A DNA stretch of 64,000 nt from Rhynchopus sp. YZ270_cl-10 (Eukaryota). The notes beneath the pieces are model-generated. The model was not told the DNA's origin and searched no databases. It saw only the letters and a program-made list of their open reading frames with translations. The stretch covers positions 1,178,001 through 1,242,000 of the forward strand of contig OZ037843.1 in the NCBI GenBank assembly GCA_964035575.1, written 5' to 3'. A program made the translations under genes and the position numbers. Below are positions 9,434 to 21,404 of this stretch, piece by piece; position 1 is the stretch's first letter; the number at the start of each line of letters is the position of its first letter.

Positions 9434-11149
9434 ATGGGCTGTCTCGAGCGTGCACTCTCGCTTGACGGGACACTGGACACGCATAGCAGACGTATACGAA
9501 AGCTTTACTTCATCTATAGCTGTGCGTCCTTTGTGGCCTCGTGTGTCTTCGTCCTGCTAGAAGTGTCCTCCTTCCGTGGGAGCTACGTCCTTCTGGCAGG
9601 TATTGCCTGCACTGTGTTCTCCAGCTTCTGTTCTCTGCTAGTCATTCTGTTAAAGTACGAACTGACCACGTTCGTCATGGTATCAGTCGGCGGACTGTAC
9701 GCTGTTGCGCTGCTGGCCTGTGACCTGAGTGCGCGCACAGAATATTTAGTTGTCTGGCCAATGATGGTGCTTTTGGTGGACTATCTCCTGGTATTGCAGC
9801 TGCCTGCACGGTACAGCACAGCTGCCGTGGTGTGCACACTGGTGTACATGTTTGTTATTGCTGCAGAAGAATCGTGGAGGTTTGGTCTGTTCGACATACC
9901 CGGGCTCATGCCTCAAGACCGTCGACGTTCCTACGCAGATAGCCTGGGTGACTGTGATGTGCTGCCTTGCAAGCAGAAGGGAGCTGTGTCAGAGCTTTTG
10001 GGTGCAGCATCCGTCTTCGTCCTTGACTTCATCGCAACGCGAAGCTTTGCACGTGATCTCCTGAAGGAGCAGACATCAATGCAACGCACAATCGCAACAG
10101 TGCAGGATATCGCCTCGCTCCTTGCTGGCTACGACGTGGAGAAGGTGGCGGAGCTGCTGGAGGAGCACGGTGGTGAGCTGCCTGACGGGATGACGACAGC
10201 ACTGCGGAAGTTGGAGCAGAACCTGCGTGTGTACAAGGCGTACCTCCCGAAGACGTGTCTGCCGTTTGAGGACGAGAAGGACGAATGTGTGGAACCTGGT
10301 GGTGGGCAGGATGGTGCTGACAGTGACGACTCAAGCACAGTGTCAGCAGCAACATCGAACACGTCTGCTGCAGTGCAACCCACTTTGTTCCGTGCACAGC
10401 CTCTCCTGCTCTCATCCACAAAGGCAACACTGCTGACACTGAACATCAAAGACACCCTGCACCGCCTGGAGGAGGACAGTGCACGCTTCTCCGACCTCTT
10501 CACAACTGTTCTTCTGAAGACCCTGCAGGCAACAGACAGCAGACGTGGGATGGTGGACGTCTTTGTTGGGGACAGGATCCACTGCTCGTTCAACGCGTCG
10601 AAGCAGTGTGCGTCGCACGCAACCTCAGCACTGCACGCAGCAAGCATGCTCATGAGAGCTGGCCTGGCAGCCTCTGTGAACGTGGGTGTTGCAATGGGGA
10701 CAGTGCTGCGTGGTGACATGGGTTGTGATGTGATGCGCCGCTTCAGCATGGTGGGGACACTTGTGCGTGACGTGCACGGGATGGAACGTGCAGGACGTAT
10801 GCTGGGGTGCGACGTTGTCTGCAACCGGATGTGCTTCAGCGACGCTGAGTGCGAACACGACCTGCGTCTGCTTCCGTGCAAGGTGGAGGTTGCTCGAGAC
10901 TGCGAGGCACAGGTTGTGGCTGAGCTGGTTTCGAAACAACAGAACACTCCCGGTACAGACGAGTGGATGTACCAGATAGGCGGGAAGAAGCACTGGGATT
11001 TGTACAACACAGCAGTGCGTGGGTACCTGCGTGGTGAGAGTTGTGACACGGACGTTGCGAAGGCGTGGGTGGAGGCGGGTGGGAGTGGCACACCAGCACA
11101 CGCAGTTCCTTGTGGGACGTGCAGTGTTGTGTGTTCCTATCTTCGGTGA
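9434..11149 (+). CDS. Membrane pseudo-adenylate cyclase, copy 1 (~571 aa)
   Basis: TM region homologous to 3968-6067 (WPMMVLLVDYLLV, ESWRFGLFDIPGL, CDVLPC, FVLDFIATRSFA, NLRVYKAYLP). Single degenerate cyclase domain (LTLNIKDT, VDVFVGD, VGTLVRDVHGME). Confidence 0.9.
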   Translation: MGCLERALSLDGTLDTHSRRIRKLYFIYSCASFVASCVFVLLEVSSFRGSYVLLAGIACTVFSSFCSLLVILLKYELTTFVMVSVGGLYAVALLACDLSARTEYLVVWPMMVLLVDYLLVLQLPARYSTAAVVCTLVYMFVIAAEESWRFGLFDIPGLMPQDRRRSYADSLGDCDVLPCKQKGAVSELLGAASVFVLDFIATRSFARDLLKEQTSMQRTIATVQDIASLLAGYDVEKVAELLEEHGGELPDGMTTALRKLEQNLRVYKAYLPKTCLPFEDEKDECVEPGGGQDGADSDDSSTVSAATSNTSAAVQPTLFRAQPLLLSSTKATLLTLNIKDTLHRLEEDSARFSDLFTTVLLKTLQATDSRRGMVDVFVGDRIHCSFNASKQCASHATSALHAASMLMRAGLAASVNVGVAMGTVLRGDMGCDVMRRFSMVGTLVRDVHGMERAGRMLGCDVVCNRMCFSDAECEHDLRLLPCKVEVARDCEAQVVAELVSKQQNTPGTDEWMYQIGGKKHWDLYNTAVRGYLRGESCDTDVAKAWVEAGGSGTPAHAVPCGTCSVVCSYLR

Positions 11150-11403
11150 TTTTGTTCCACCCCCTTCATTCAACCCCTGCAGGGTCACAGACCAAGCATA
11201 GTTTTGAACTCGATGTAGAAAGCAAAAGTGTTTATTTTACAACTGATTGTTGCCTAATATTTTCCAATATTTCTGTGGTCAAGAAATTGTCCAATTTTCA
11301 CCATTGACCCCCACCACACCTGGCAGCTCCCACAAAAATACAAATAAGGATCCCCCCTTTTTTCCCCCCCCGCAACCTTCTTTTACCCTTTCTGGGTTAC
11401 CTA

Positions 11404-13600
11404 GGCATAGATGTCATGCGAAGAGATTCTTCGGATTCTTCGTATTTTCTTCGTATTCCTCTTCGCATATTCTTCGCATTCGGAAAATGCGAAGAATATG
11501 CGAAGAAAATGCGAAGAATTTTTTTCCACCAATACTTTGCCCACAAAGGGATCGAAAGTGCTAAGGTGCAGATGATCGCACTGGGAAATAAGTTGCATTT
11601 TTCTTTTATTCACGCCGTTTCCTTTAAATTTTCAACGAGTATGCAATACGTTTGGAAAATAATTTACTATATTCGTTTGTCTGTTTTGCTCTTTTTTGTG
11701 CTCCTCCATAACAGCTCTTCCTCTTTTTTCTATGATATTTTGCCCCACCTTACTGTATAAAAAAGAAAACAACAGACATGGCTTCATAAATATATTGAAT
11801 ATCGTCAATATATTGATTTGGTGATGAATATTATTGATTGAATATTGAAAGTATCAATAATATTGACTGAAAACTGTCAATATTTCAATAGTATTGAAAT
11901 ATTGATCATATTATTGAATATTGACGTTGCAGTGCCTGATTTTTCCTTGACGGGAGGCCATGGCTGAGAATAAGACTTGGGGACCCGGGACCCGGTTATT
12001 CTCAGTGGGACTGGGCACAATATGTCGAAAACGCTGTGAAAACGCCTGAAAGCGGGTCAGGGACCCGGGCGCGGGAGGCTGGGGCATGGATGGAGGGGTA
12101 TTCCCAGTCCCTAGGACTGGGACTGTACCCAGTGACCAGTACCCGTCCTAGTTCTAGTCCTGGGACAGTACCCGGGACCCTGCTTATTCTCAGCTCCCTT
12201 CCAGCCACAGAGTGGAGAGGCAAAGGGTCAAACTTTTCTGTTGAAGCCATGTGCGCAACATTTCAAAGATTGTGCCATAAATCGCACATTATCACAGCCA
12301 AACTATATCATGGATAGGGTAGAGCTGTGGGCTACCGCTCGTAATTCCTAAACACTTGTGTTTAGGTTTTTAAGCTTGCTGCCCTCCCAGTACCCTCCTG
12401 GTGCACCCACCCGAAAATGCACCAAAGTGTAAGATTTTTTCGGCGTTGGAAAGATTGGGCCTCAAAAATGCGAATCACCAAATCAGATCTGTGAGAGATT
12501 TGTTTTTAATTCCTATTTTCGTGTCGCGAGTTTACGTGGGAAATGCTTTAGAAACGTGCGTTCCTTAAGTACCCTGTGGGCAAAACAGGCGTTTTTCACC
12601 AAAAACCGGGATTTTCGCCTTTTTGGGTGGCTTTTTGGGCCCATACCCGGCTATATGGACTGGGAAACGCGATTCTGGGGTGCTAGAACCAGGTCTAGGC
12701 CGCACAGGGGTACTTCTGTGGGCAAAAACAACCCACAAAACCATGCACTGCGTTGTGTTCTGTGACCATTCAAGTGTTTTAGCTAGTGCACGAGGCGTTG
12801 CTATCGATTTGGTTTCGTTCTCGCTCATCAACCACACGAGCTAGCAAAAAATATTTAGGATTCGCAAAACCAAATTTTGTCCGCGCCGCAGGCGCACGGT
12901 GCGCTACTTTTTTATGGGAGTTGCGAACATACATTTGAAAAATCCATCCATCCACATATGAGAGGATCAGTGAGTAAATAGTTCCGCTTATGGGCCCAGG
13001 AGGCTTCCCCTGGTCAGGGGTGGGGTTTGCTGCTTGGAGAGGAGGTTGTTCTGGGTACAGAACGAGAAAAAAGAGTAGTTGAAACGTGCTAAAACGCAGT
13101 CGAGCTCATGCAAAGGGTAGGAGGTGGGTGTTCCGTACCGTAAGAGAACGGAGGCGGTTCACAACCGCTCGACGAATCACGCGACCTCTTTATACCCCAG
13201 CCTTTTTAACAGCCAAAAAAACTCTATGATTTTGCACGTGTTACCGTGGGACTCTAAGGGCAATCATGGCTCAGTTCGTAAACGTGCACGTGCCATTCAA
13301 TGCCAAAATATTTATATCTCGTGTGTATTGTGTTTTTCTCGTCAGCGTTTTAAAAACAAAAATAGTAAGGTGGGACATAAATCACAGAAAAAAAGAGGAA
13401 GAGGTGTGCACGGAATATGCACTTCGCATTCTTCGCATATTCTTCGCATATTCTTCGCATGTTGGAAAATGCGAAGAATATGCGAAGAATGCGAAGTAGG
13501 CGAAGAATATGCGAAGAAAATACGAAGAAAATACGAAGAATTTTTGGGATTTTTGAAAATGCGAAGAATCCGAAGAATCTCTTCGCATGACATGTATGCC
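11404..13600. mobile_element. 2.2-kb non-autonomous TIR element with TTCGCATATTC/GCGAAGAATAT subterminal arrays
   Basis: TA|GGCATAGATGTCATGCGAAGAGATTCTTCGGATTCTTCG ... CGAAGAATCCGAAGAATCTCTTCGCATGACATGTATGCC|TA. No transposase ORF. Confidence 0.85.
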
Positions 13601-14483
13601 TAGGGTGGGCTAAGATACAGTATTGTAATAGGACCTTTGCAGTCCGTTTGCACATGCAGCATCAGTAACATGCCCGGAGACGTCCCTTAAGTGATGATGA
13701 TGATATACTGCACCTCCATTGCACTCCATTGCACTGCCCCCGAGAACGCCTCGTTGCCCTTGTGGAAGCTCTCCGCTGCAGGTACCTACCTACCTTCGTC
13801 ACGAATCAAGGTTGCCGAAGCATGCCAGGAACTCGATTGCTGAAGTACTCTCAATTCTCGGCGTTTTCTTGCTGCACAACAGCAACAGCCAGTGGAACCA
13901 AACGACCAAGGGCGTCTTTACCTGTTGCGATGAGGAGAAGACCCGCATATTCCCCATACAGGTGACACCCGTCCAAAAACAGCTGGGCGACACAGCTTGA
14001 ACGCAGCAACCCTAGTGTTACTGTGTTGATCTTCTACATGCGGGTGATGTACCTGATTGATGTACCTGAGGCGACTCTAGTTTTTGATACTCTCGTGCAC
14101 AACTATCAGAGAGGCTGATATCGCGCGATTCCCGATTGTGCTCAGGGACATCATTCGTGGATGTACCCACATTCGTGGTGTGTCTGTACCACATACTTCG
14201 GGGAGGGGTAGGACCTCCCCACGCGACCCCGATCCGGATTTCCGCAGTGCACACTCTCGAGGGACGTCGAAGTTGCCACTAACGTCCTCTGGGTTTCCCC
14301 CACTCTGTTGACAAACAAGGTGCTCTCATAGCGCTTGGGGAGCTCTGGCAGCCACAGGCCTGCTGTGGGGCGATAATGTTTCACGGACTGCGCCTCTTTT
14401 GAAAGACCTCTAAAAACCCACCTTTTTCCTTCCCAACCTCCACACAAACGAAGGCAGAAATACACCTTCACACACAGTGCACA

Positions 14484-15960
14484 ATGGGCTGTCTCGAGTG
14501 TGCACTGTCGCTTGACGGGACACTGGACAAACAAAGCAGACAAAAACGAAGGCTTTACTTTATATGTTGTTTTGCGACCTTTGCAGCCTCGTCTGCCTTC
14601 TTCCTGATAGAGCTGGCATCCTTCCGTGGGAGCTACGTCCTCATGGCAGGTCTTGCCTGCACTATGCTGTACAGCTTCTATTCTGTGCTAGTCATTCTGT
14701 TAAAGTACGAACTGACCACGTTCAGCATGGTGTCAGCCACTGTTGCGCTGCTGGTCTGTGACCTGAATGCTCGCACTGAGTACGGATACGTCCAATGATG
14801 GTGCTTTTGGTGGACTATCTCCTGGTATTGCAGCTGCCTGCACGGTACAGCACAGCTGCCGTGGTGTGCACACTGGTGTACATGTTTGTTATTGCTGCAG
14901 AAGAATCGTGGAGGTTTGGTCTGTTCGACATGCCCGGGCTCATGCCTCAAGACCATCGACGTTCGTACGTAGATGGCCTGGGTGACTGTGATGTGCTGCC
15001 TTGCAAGCAGGAGAAAGCTGTGTCAGAGCTTTTGGGTGCAGCTACCGTCTTCGTCCTTGACTTCATCGCAACGCGTGGCTTTGCACGTGGTCTCCTGAAG
15101 GAGCAGGCATCAATGCAGCGCACAATCGCAACAGTGCAGGACATCGCCTCGCTCCTTGCTGGCTACGACGTGGAGAAGGTGGCGGAGCTGCTGGAGGAGC
15201 ACGGTGGTGAGCTGCCTGAGGGGATGACGACAGCACTGCGGAAGTTGGAGCAGAACCTGCGTGTGTACAAGGCGTACCTCCCGAAGACGTGTCTGCCGTT
15301 TGAGGACGAGAAGGACGAATGTGTGGAACCTGGTGGTGGGCAGGATGGTGCTGACAGTGACGACTCAAGCACAGTGTCAGCAGCAACATCGAACACGTCT
15401 GCTGCAGTGCAACCCACTTTGTTCCGTGCACAGCCTCTCCTGCTCTCATCCACAAAGGCAACACTGCTGACACTGAACATCAAAGACACCCTGCACCGCC
15501 TGGAGGAGGACAGTGCACGCTTCTCCGACCTCTTCACAACTGTTCTTCTGAAGACCCTGCAGGCAACAGACAGCAGACGTGGGATGGTGGACGTCTTTGT
15601 TGGGGACAGGATCCACTGCTCGTTCAACGCGTCGAAGCAGTGTGCGTCGCACGCAACCTCAGCACTGCATGCAGCAAGCATGCTCATGAGAGCTGGCCTG
15701 TGAACGTGGGTGTTGCAATGGGAACAGTGTTGCGTGGTGACATGGGTTGTGATGTGATGCGCCGCTTCAGCATGGTGGAGTGGATGTACCAGATAGGCGG
15801 GAAGAAGCACTGGGAGGACTACAACATAGTGGTGCGTGGGTACCTGCGTGGTGAGAATTGTGACACGGACGTTGCGAAGGCGTGGGTGGAGGCGGGTGGG
15901 AGTGGCACACCAGCACACGCAGTCCCTTCCGTGACGTGCAGCGTTGTGTGTTACTCCTTT
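14484..15960 (+). pseudogene. Pseudo-cyclase copy 2, disrupted
   Basis: Relative to intact copies: 12-bp deletion at about 14738, 4-bp frameshift deletion at about 14791, 10-bp frameshift deletion at about 15699, and ~207-bp deletion at about 15777. Confidence 0.92.
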
Positions 15961-16622
15961 CAAACCAAGCACACATAACCAGCACCGTTTCGTCTGCTGA
16001 CCCCCATCCACAAAGACCTCTCCCTCCACCACCCTTTTGAACCCGTTGACCCTACCCTCGGAGCAGAGCCATGGGTTTGGATCATTCCTTTCCGTTGCTG
16101 ATCCGGCGACTCTCGCTGACAGTGATGCCCTCCCCACGTGGATGAGCCTCATGCCGAGGGTCTTTCGTTGTGTATGTCCCCTTGGCTGGGATATGTGCGA
16201 GGGTGCGAGAGACGTTATGTGTTCCGTATCAGATTGTTTGGTGGAGGCTGTAACGGCGGCAGTGAGAGAAATGGAGGGGGGTGTATTTTTTCTGGTTTGT
16301 TTCTCTTCTTGCGCTGGCTTTAGTTTCAAGTTATACCACACCCTCTCATCTGAGTCATCAGCCTGCTGATCAGAGTAACTGTTAACGTATCAGCCTTTCT
16401 AGGTATTCTTGAGTCAACCTACGCAAAGCCTTCTCTCGAAAGCTTTTCTGTTGCGATTCTCTTCTATTTGTTCCGGTTTTAGCCTTTTCACAAGTTGTGT
16501 AATATTTGCAGGTACTCTCAGTTTTGTCAGTGTCTCTTCCTTTCCCTTCCCTCTTCAACCAACAAAGATACCACCACCCAGGCCTCAGCCTAACTGGGGG
16601 GTAGGCAGGCCAACACGGATTA

Positions 16623-17299
16623 GGGGTGGTGGGTCCCCCCCCCCCCCCCCCCCTCTGTACACGGTTGTACAGGGGCTGCACGACGGTGAAGTATAGTACA
16701 TTACAAGTGAAGTTACATGTAACGTTACAAGTGAAAAACCGTTACAAGTGAGTTACAAGTGAGTTACAAGTGGGATACATGAATTACAGGCAAAATCAGG
16801 TTGTAACTGGTGGGTTACAAGTGAGTTACATGTAACAAAAGTTACATGTAACTCACTTGTAACTCCACTTGTAACACCCGTTACTTCACCGTCGTGTGGG
16901 CCGAAGAAAAATTTTTCCAACCAATTTTTGCCCACAAAAAATCGAAAAAAAAAATTTTTTTTTTCGATTCTCCTGTGTCTGTGCGTGCTGTGATGGGGTC
17001 ATTTCGCGCTCAGAAATGAGTATTTTTGACCCAAAATACATGTGTCAGTTTTGGACTGAAAATTTCAAAAATCGTGTAAAAACTGACACATGTATTTTGG
17101 GTCAAAAATACTCATTTCTGAGCGCGAAATGACCCCATCACAGCACGCACAGACACAGGAGAATCGAAAAAAAAAATTTTTTTTTTCGATTTTTTGTGGG
17201 CAAAAATTGGTCGGAAAAATTTTTCTTCGGCCCACCCCCTGTGTAACTGTGTACAGAGGTGGGGGGGGGGGGGGGGGGGGGGGGGTACCACCCACCCCC
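16623..17299. mobile_element. Foldback (whole-length palindromic) MITE with poly-C/poly-G arms
   Basis: 16897-17052 is the near-perfect reverse complement of 17079-17234. The outer arms GGGGTGGTGGGT-C(n)-TCTGTACAC and GTGTACAGA-G(n)-TACCACCCACCCC also pair. Confidence 0.88.
16679..16896. mobile_element. 218-bp CACTA/CMC-like MITE nested in the foldback element
   Basis: TG|CACGACGGTGAAGTA ... TACTTCACCGTCGTG|TG. Internal GTTACAAGTGA repeats in both orientations. The opposite palindrome arm shows the empty site with a single TG. Confidence 0.88.
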
Positions 17300-17603
17300 C
17301 AAGGCCAACATCGGCCGAAAAATTACCCAGAGGCCTGCCACCACCCCACCCCTTTCAATTTTCCATTTCCTCTATTCTTCCCATCCAAGCCCTCCCCTAC
17401 CCCACACGAAACACACCAGGTCGCTCAGACTCGCTGCAGGGATGGTTTGTGAGGCCCAATGGTTTCGATCATGCATGATTTGCAGTGACGTGTTACCTTC
17501 TCAAGCTTTCTCTGCAACGAACCGGGGTCACTCCGACAGACCCTCCCATAGAAATTTGGTCTGCTAGGACCCCCCTACCCTTTTCTTTGCCACACCCTGC
17601 CCA

Positions 17604-20600
17604 CACGGCGGGGTCCACACACCCGAGGGTCCGTAAATTTTACGGACCCTCTTTACGGACCCTCAAGTGCGGACCCGGGTCCGTAATTACGTGGTCTAAG
17701 GTGGGAAATCACTGTTTGGATGTGTGACTGCTGGTCGAAAAGCCCTGGGAGCAAACCGAGTGGTACACAGGTACCACATGATAGACCATGATCATGTGGG
17801 CCTATCCCAAGTTACATACCGAAAAAAGTCGTGAGCTCGGTTAGTTGTCAAAGACGTCTTCCACCATGCACTGAGGAGATAATGATCCAACAATTTACAA
17901 GAAAGATTACTTAACCTACTGCTGGAAATTGCCAGGTCGTAGTAACACACAAAGTGCGCCTCCGTTCGGGAAGACCGGATATTCTAGAGACCAAAAAGGC
18001 CTCAAGAATATCTTCCGGTAGTCAAGGTATAACCGAGTGAACGGCCCAAGACCCCCGTGGAGAAGTTAAATGTTGTAATGCTATCAAGTAGAAACTGCGA
18101 ACACTGTCTTACCCTCCTCAATACATGGTGGAATATGTCTTTGACAACAAACCGAGCTCAAGAGTTTTTAAACTTCCCTGAGGGAATGCGAGACGCAAAA
18201 TTTACCACCAGACCCTGTCTTCGTGCACCTTCGGTGCAACGCTGCAGACAGGCCAAACTGCGTTGGACTCAGAGGAATGCCTGCTGTGCAGTGTATCAAT
18301 GAGAACCAAGTCCCAGCAACAAGGGGCGCCTTTTGGCGGGCGTTGTTGAGGGTGTTTGGGGTGCAAAGTTTTCCACAATTTTGATGCGCGGGTACAGAAG
18401 TGTTGTCTTGTTCTTTCATCTTTAGGAATGTAAATGTCAATCGCGTTTAACTACCACTAGGGCTTGTTCAGTGAACCCACAAGGGGTCAAAGGGGGTTGG
18501 TTATCCCATAGCTATCAAAGGTTGTGTCGACCAGGCTAATCCACTATGTTACGCTGTACGTTGTTAAATCCGAAGAAATAACGCTTTAGCAGCCGCAGGA
18601 AGTTTGTTAAAAAGAGTGCCTCACGCTACACAAACCACCACCCGCGATTGACTTAGATGTTATAACAAAGAGAATTCAGAACAAAACAACACCCTGCCCC
18701 ATACACACTAAATTGTCATGCTTCAAGAGCATGCCTGGGCCAAAATTACTGTGACAAAAAGGCAACAAGACCACCCACAAGGAGTGTGAATTGTGCACTG
18801 GTTTTCTGGGGGAACGCAATATTTTCTTGTGTCTAGTCCTCCGCAAGCAGAGGACAGACTTTCCGGAAGGTTTCCAAAGTCGAATTTCTTGCACTAGCTA
18901 TGCTCCCTTGGTTAATGGCTATAGCAGTGACTGACAAAGTGTACCCACCCCCCTCCACCCAGATCTTCGTCCGCAAACTCAGAATAGATTGATGCGGGTA
19001 GATTTTGAGTTGTTGAATGTCGGACCGCGGTGAAGCTTCTCATCGCAATCGCGGGTGCAGTTCAGACTTCACGATCCTGTGATGAGTGTAAATGTGGGGT
19101 GTGATTAAGTTATGGTATACAAACGTAGTAGTCGGGAAAGGTGAGGTTAATAAAAAAGGCTATTTATTGCCGTGAAATAAGATAGATTTTTTCCACGCTA
19201 CAGGTCGAGAGAGTGACCTGCTGCACAAATGGTTCGAGTGAAGCGAGGTGAATTATGTGAAGCAGGTAACGAGCGCCTGTGGAACCAAATAGAAACGTAA
19301 CACTCATCACACGATAAAACCCATGGGAGAGGTTGTGGTGAAACGCACACACCTCCTCGACCTGAGGAGTGGCTCTGCAGCGCGGTTCGTCCCCAGAACC
19401 GCAAGTGTGTTCAAAATGCTTTGTTTCTATTTCCTCCTTCATGTCATGAGGTGACACAAAATGATTGGTGCGTAAAAAAATAGCTATTTAATAGTGTGAA
19501 CATTACGCGTTTATTTCGAGTTGAAAACACGAACAAGTTGAAATATGCGGCATTTTTTTGTCCAATCTTCACTAGTAACTGAAAGTTAAACATAATTACA
19601 TACCTTGTCTTCCCCGTAACCTGCGCCTTCGCTGCTTTTAAGGTGCTTTCTCTGGGTGCCCAGTACCCAGTACCCAGTACCCAGTACCAGTGTCTTCGAG
19701 AACCTAAAAATGCATTTTGTTGAAATTTTCTGGCTGTTTCTGAACTTTTCCCAGCTACTTTTCTGGTCGAGTAGCCGACTTTTCTGATCGAGTAGCTATT
19801 TTCACTTTTCTGGTGTATGAGTAGGTTTTCTGGGTGGGAGACTGGATTCTGGGTACAGTGGTGTGTCTGGGCACCCAGGCACCTGGGTACTGGTGTATTT
19901 TCGGCCCAGGTACCCCGGTACACGGTACACTGGTGTACAAGGAAAAAAGTCGTGAAAAAGCAACCACAGCTCCACATGACAAACACAAAAGTGTCCAGTC
20001 ACGTGGGGCATTCATGCACTGAGGAGATAATGATCCAACAATTTACAAGAAAGATTACTTAACCTACTGCTGGAAATTGCCAGGTCGTAGTAACACACAA
20101 AGTGTGCCTCCGTTCGGGAATACCGGATATTCTAGAGACCAAAAAGGCCTCTTCCGCTGGTCAAGGTATAACCGAGTGAACGGCCCAAGACCCCCGTGGA
20201 GAAGTTAAATGTTGTAATGCTATCAAGTACAAACTGCGACCACTGTCTTACCCTCCTCAATACATGGTGGAAGATGTCTTTCACAACAAATATCCTGTAC
20301 ACAGGTACACAGATACACAGGTACACAGGTAAAACCCGTTAAAATTGTGTGTGAAAGTTAAAAATAGCTATATTTGCATTTTTCGCCCAGCATTGAGGAC
20401 ACATAGGCCCACCAAGGGCAATTTTGTGATGTCAAAAAAATTTTTTTTCGGCCCAAAAATTGACTTGTTTTCGGTAAAACCCACTAAAAATTGTGGTACT
20501 CTAAACTGCGTTTTAGACCCCCACAGATGCTCAAAAGTGCCAAATTTTGCTTTTAATGGCCTCAAATCGTCGAAATTAGCCCTAAACGGGGGCAAAAAAA

Positions 20601-20730
20601 ATTTTCGAGAGTCCCTTTCCCTGGGAGGCTCCGTAATTACGGACCCTAGGGTACGTAATGATACTCCGTAAAGAGGGAGTGTCCTAACATGCCGTTTTAC
20701 GGACCCTCGGGGTGTGCGGACCCCGCCGTG
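17604..20730. mobile_element. 3.1-kb non-autonomous CACTA/CMC-like element
   Basis: CA|CACGGCGGGGTCCACACACCCGAGGGTCCGTAAA ... TTTACGGACCCTCGGGGTGTGCGGACCCCGCCGTG|CA. Subterminal TTACGGACCC repeats. Internal duplication of about 17866-18150 at about 20015-20290. Confidence 0.85.
19299..19458 (-). repeat. ~160-bp dispersed repeat (other copies at about 58110-58279 and 60039-60142)
   Basis: TGTCACCTCATGA..GGAAATAGA..GGTTCTGGGG(G)ACGAACCGCGCTGCAGAG..CAGGTCGAGG..TTTCACCAC is shared by three loci. Confidence 0.85.
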
Positions 20731-21404
20731 CACCAACACCCCACCCCTCCACAGAACAGCCTCTGCCTCATCCTCCCTGCCTCCCTCCCCTTGCGATGTC
20801 TGGGGAGGGGATCGACTGACCACCAAAAGGACAACATACGCAAAGTGCGACACATCAGCAGACACGCCTTCAACAAGGAGAAGGCAGTTTCGACCACGTA
20901 AAGCGGGGGAGAAGCTCAGTTGCAGAAGACGGTGTACACCTCGAGTCGACACTGACCACACAGGAAACCCTGGGGTACACGCAAATCTCACTGGATGTAT
21001 CGTGTGCTGGGAGCAGTGGTCCATCACTTCTGGTTCACCAGTATGTTGAAGCCGCATCCCACCTTCTTGAAAGGGTTCCCTTTTGCTCGCATCCTTTGCA
21101 ACTGAGGAGAGAACATCATACCACCCCCGTCAGGATGATTTGGTGGAAGTAGTTGCGTCAGGCAGTGAAGAACCCTGGGACGAGCTTCGTAGCTTGCCCA
21201 CGGAGGCAACTCCGATACTCCCGTTTGTTGATTGGGTGAGTAGCACAAACGTGTGGACACGACGTCGAAGCTGATTTCTGTAAGTACCCCTTACCCTCCA
21301 GACCTCCGTGGATGGGAAGCCAGTGCAGACCACTCCAAATGAAGCACACACCAACCTCCACACTTACGAAGGCAGGAATACACCTTTACACATCACAGTG
21401 CACA

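Noticed and set aside
11404..13600. CRISPR-like or telomeric array in the GCGAAGAATAT repeats (also GTTACAAGT at 16.7 kb and GTACCTGG at 34.8 kb)
   Set aside because: No repeat-spacer structure and no cas genes. These are subterminal or internal repeats of TIR elements.
13690..14400. Possible coding remnants here and at 15980-16370 and 20730-21330
   Set aside because: Coding-like composition but only short ORFs and no recognisable motif.
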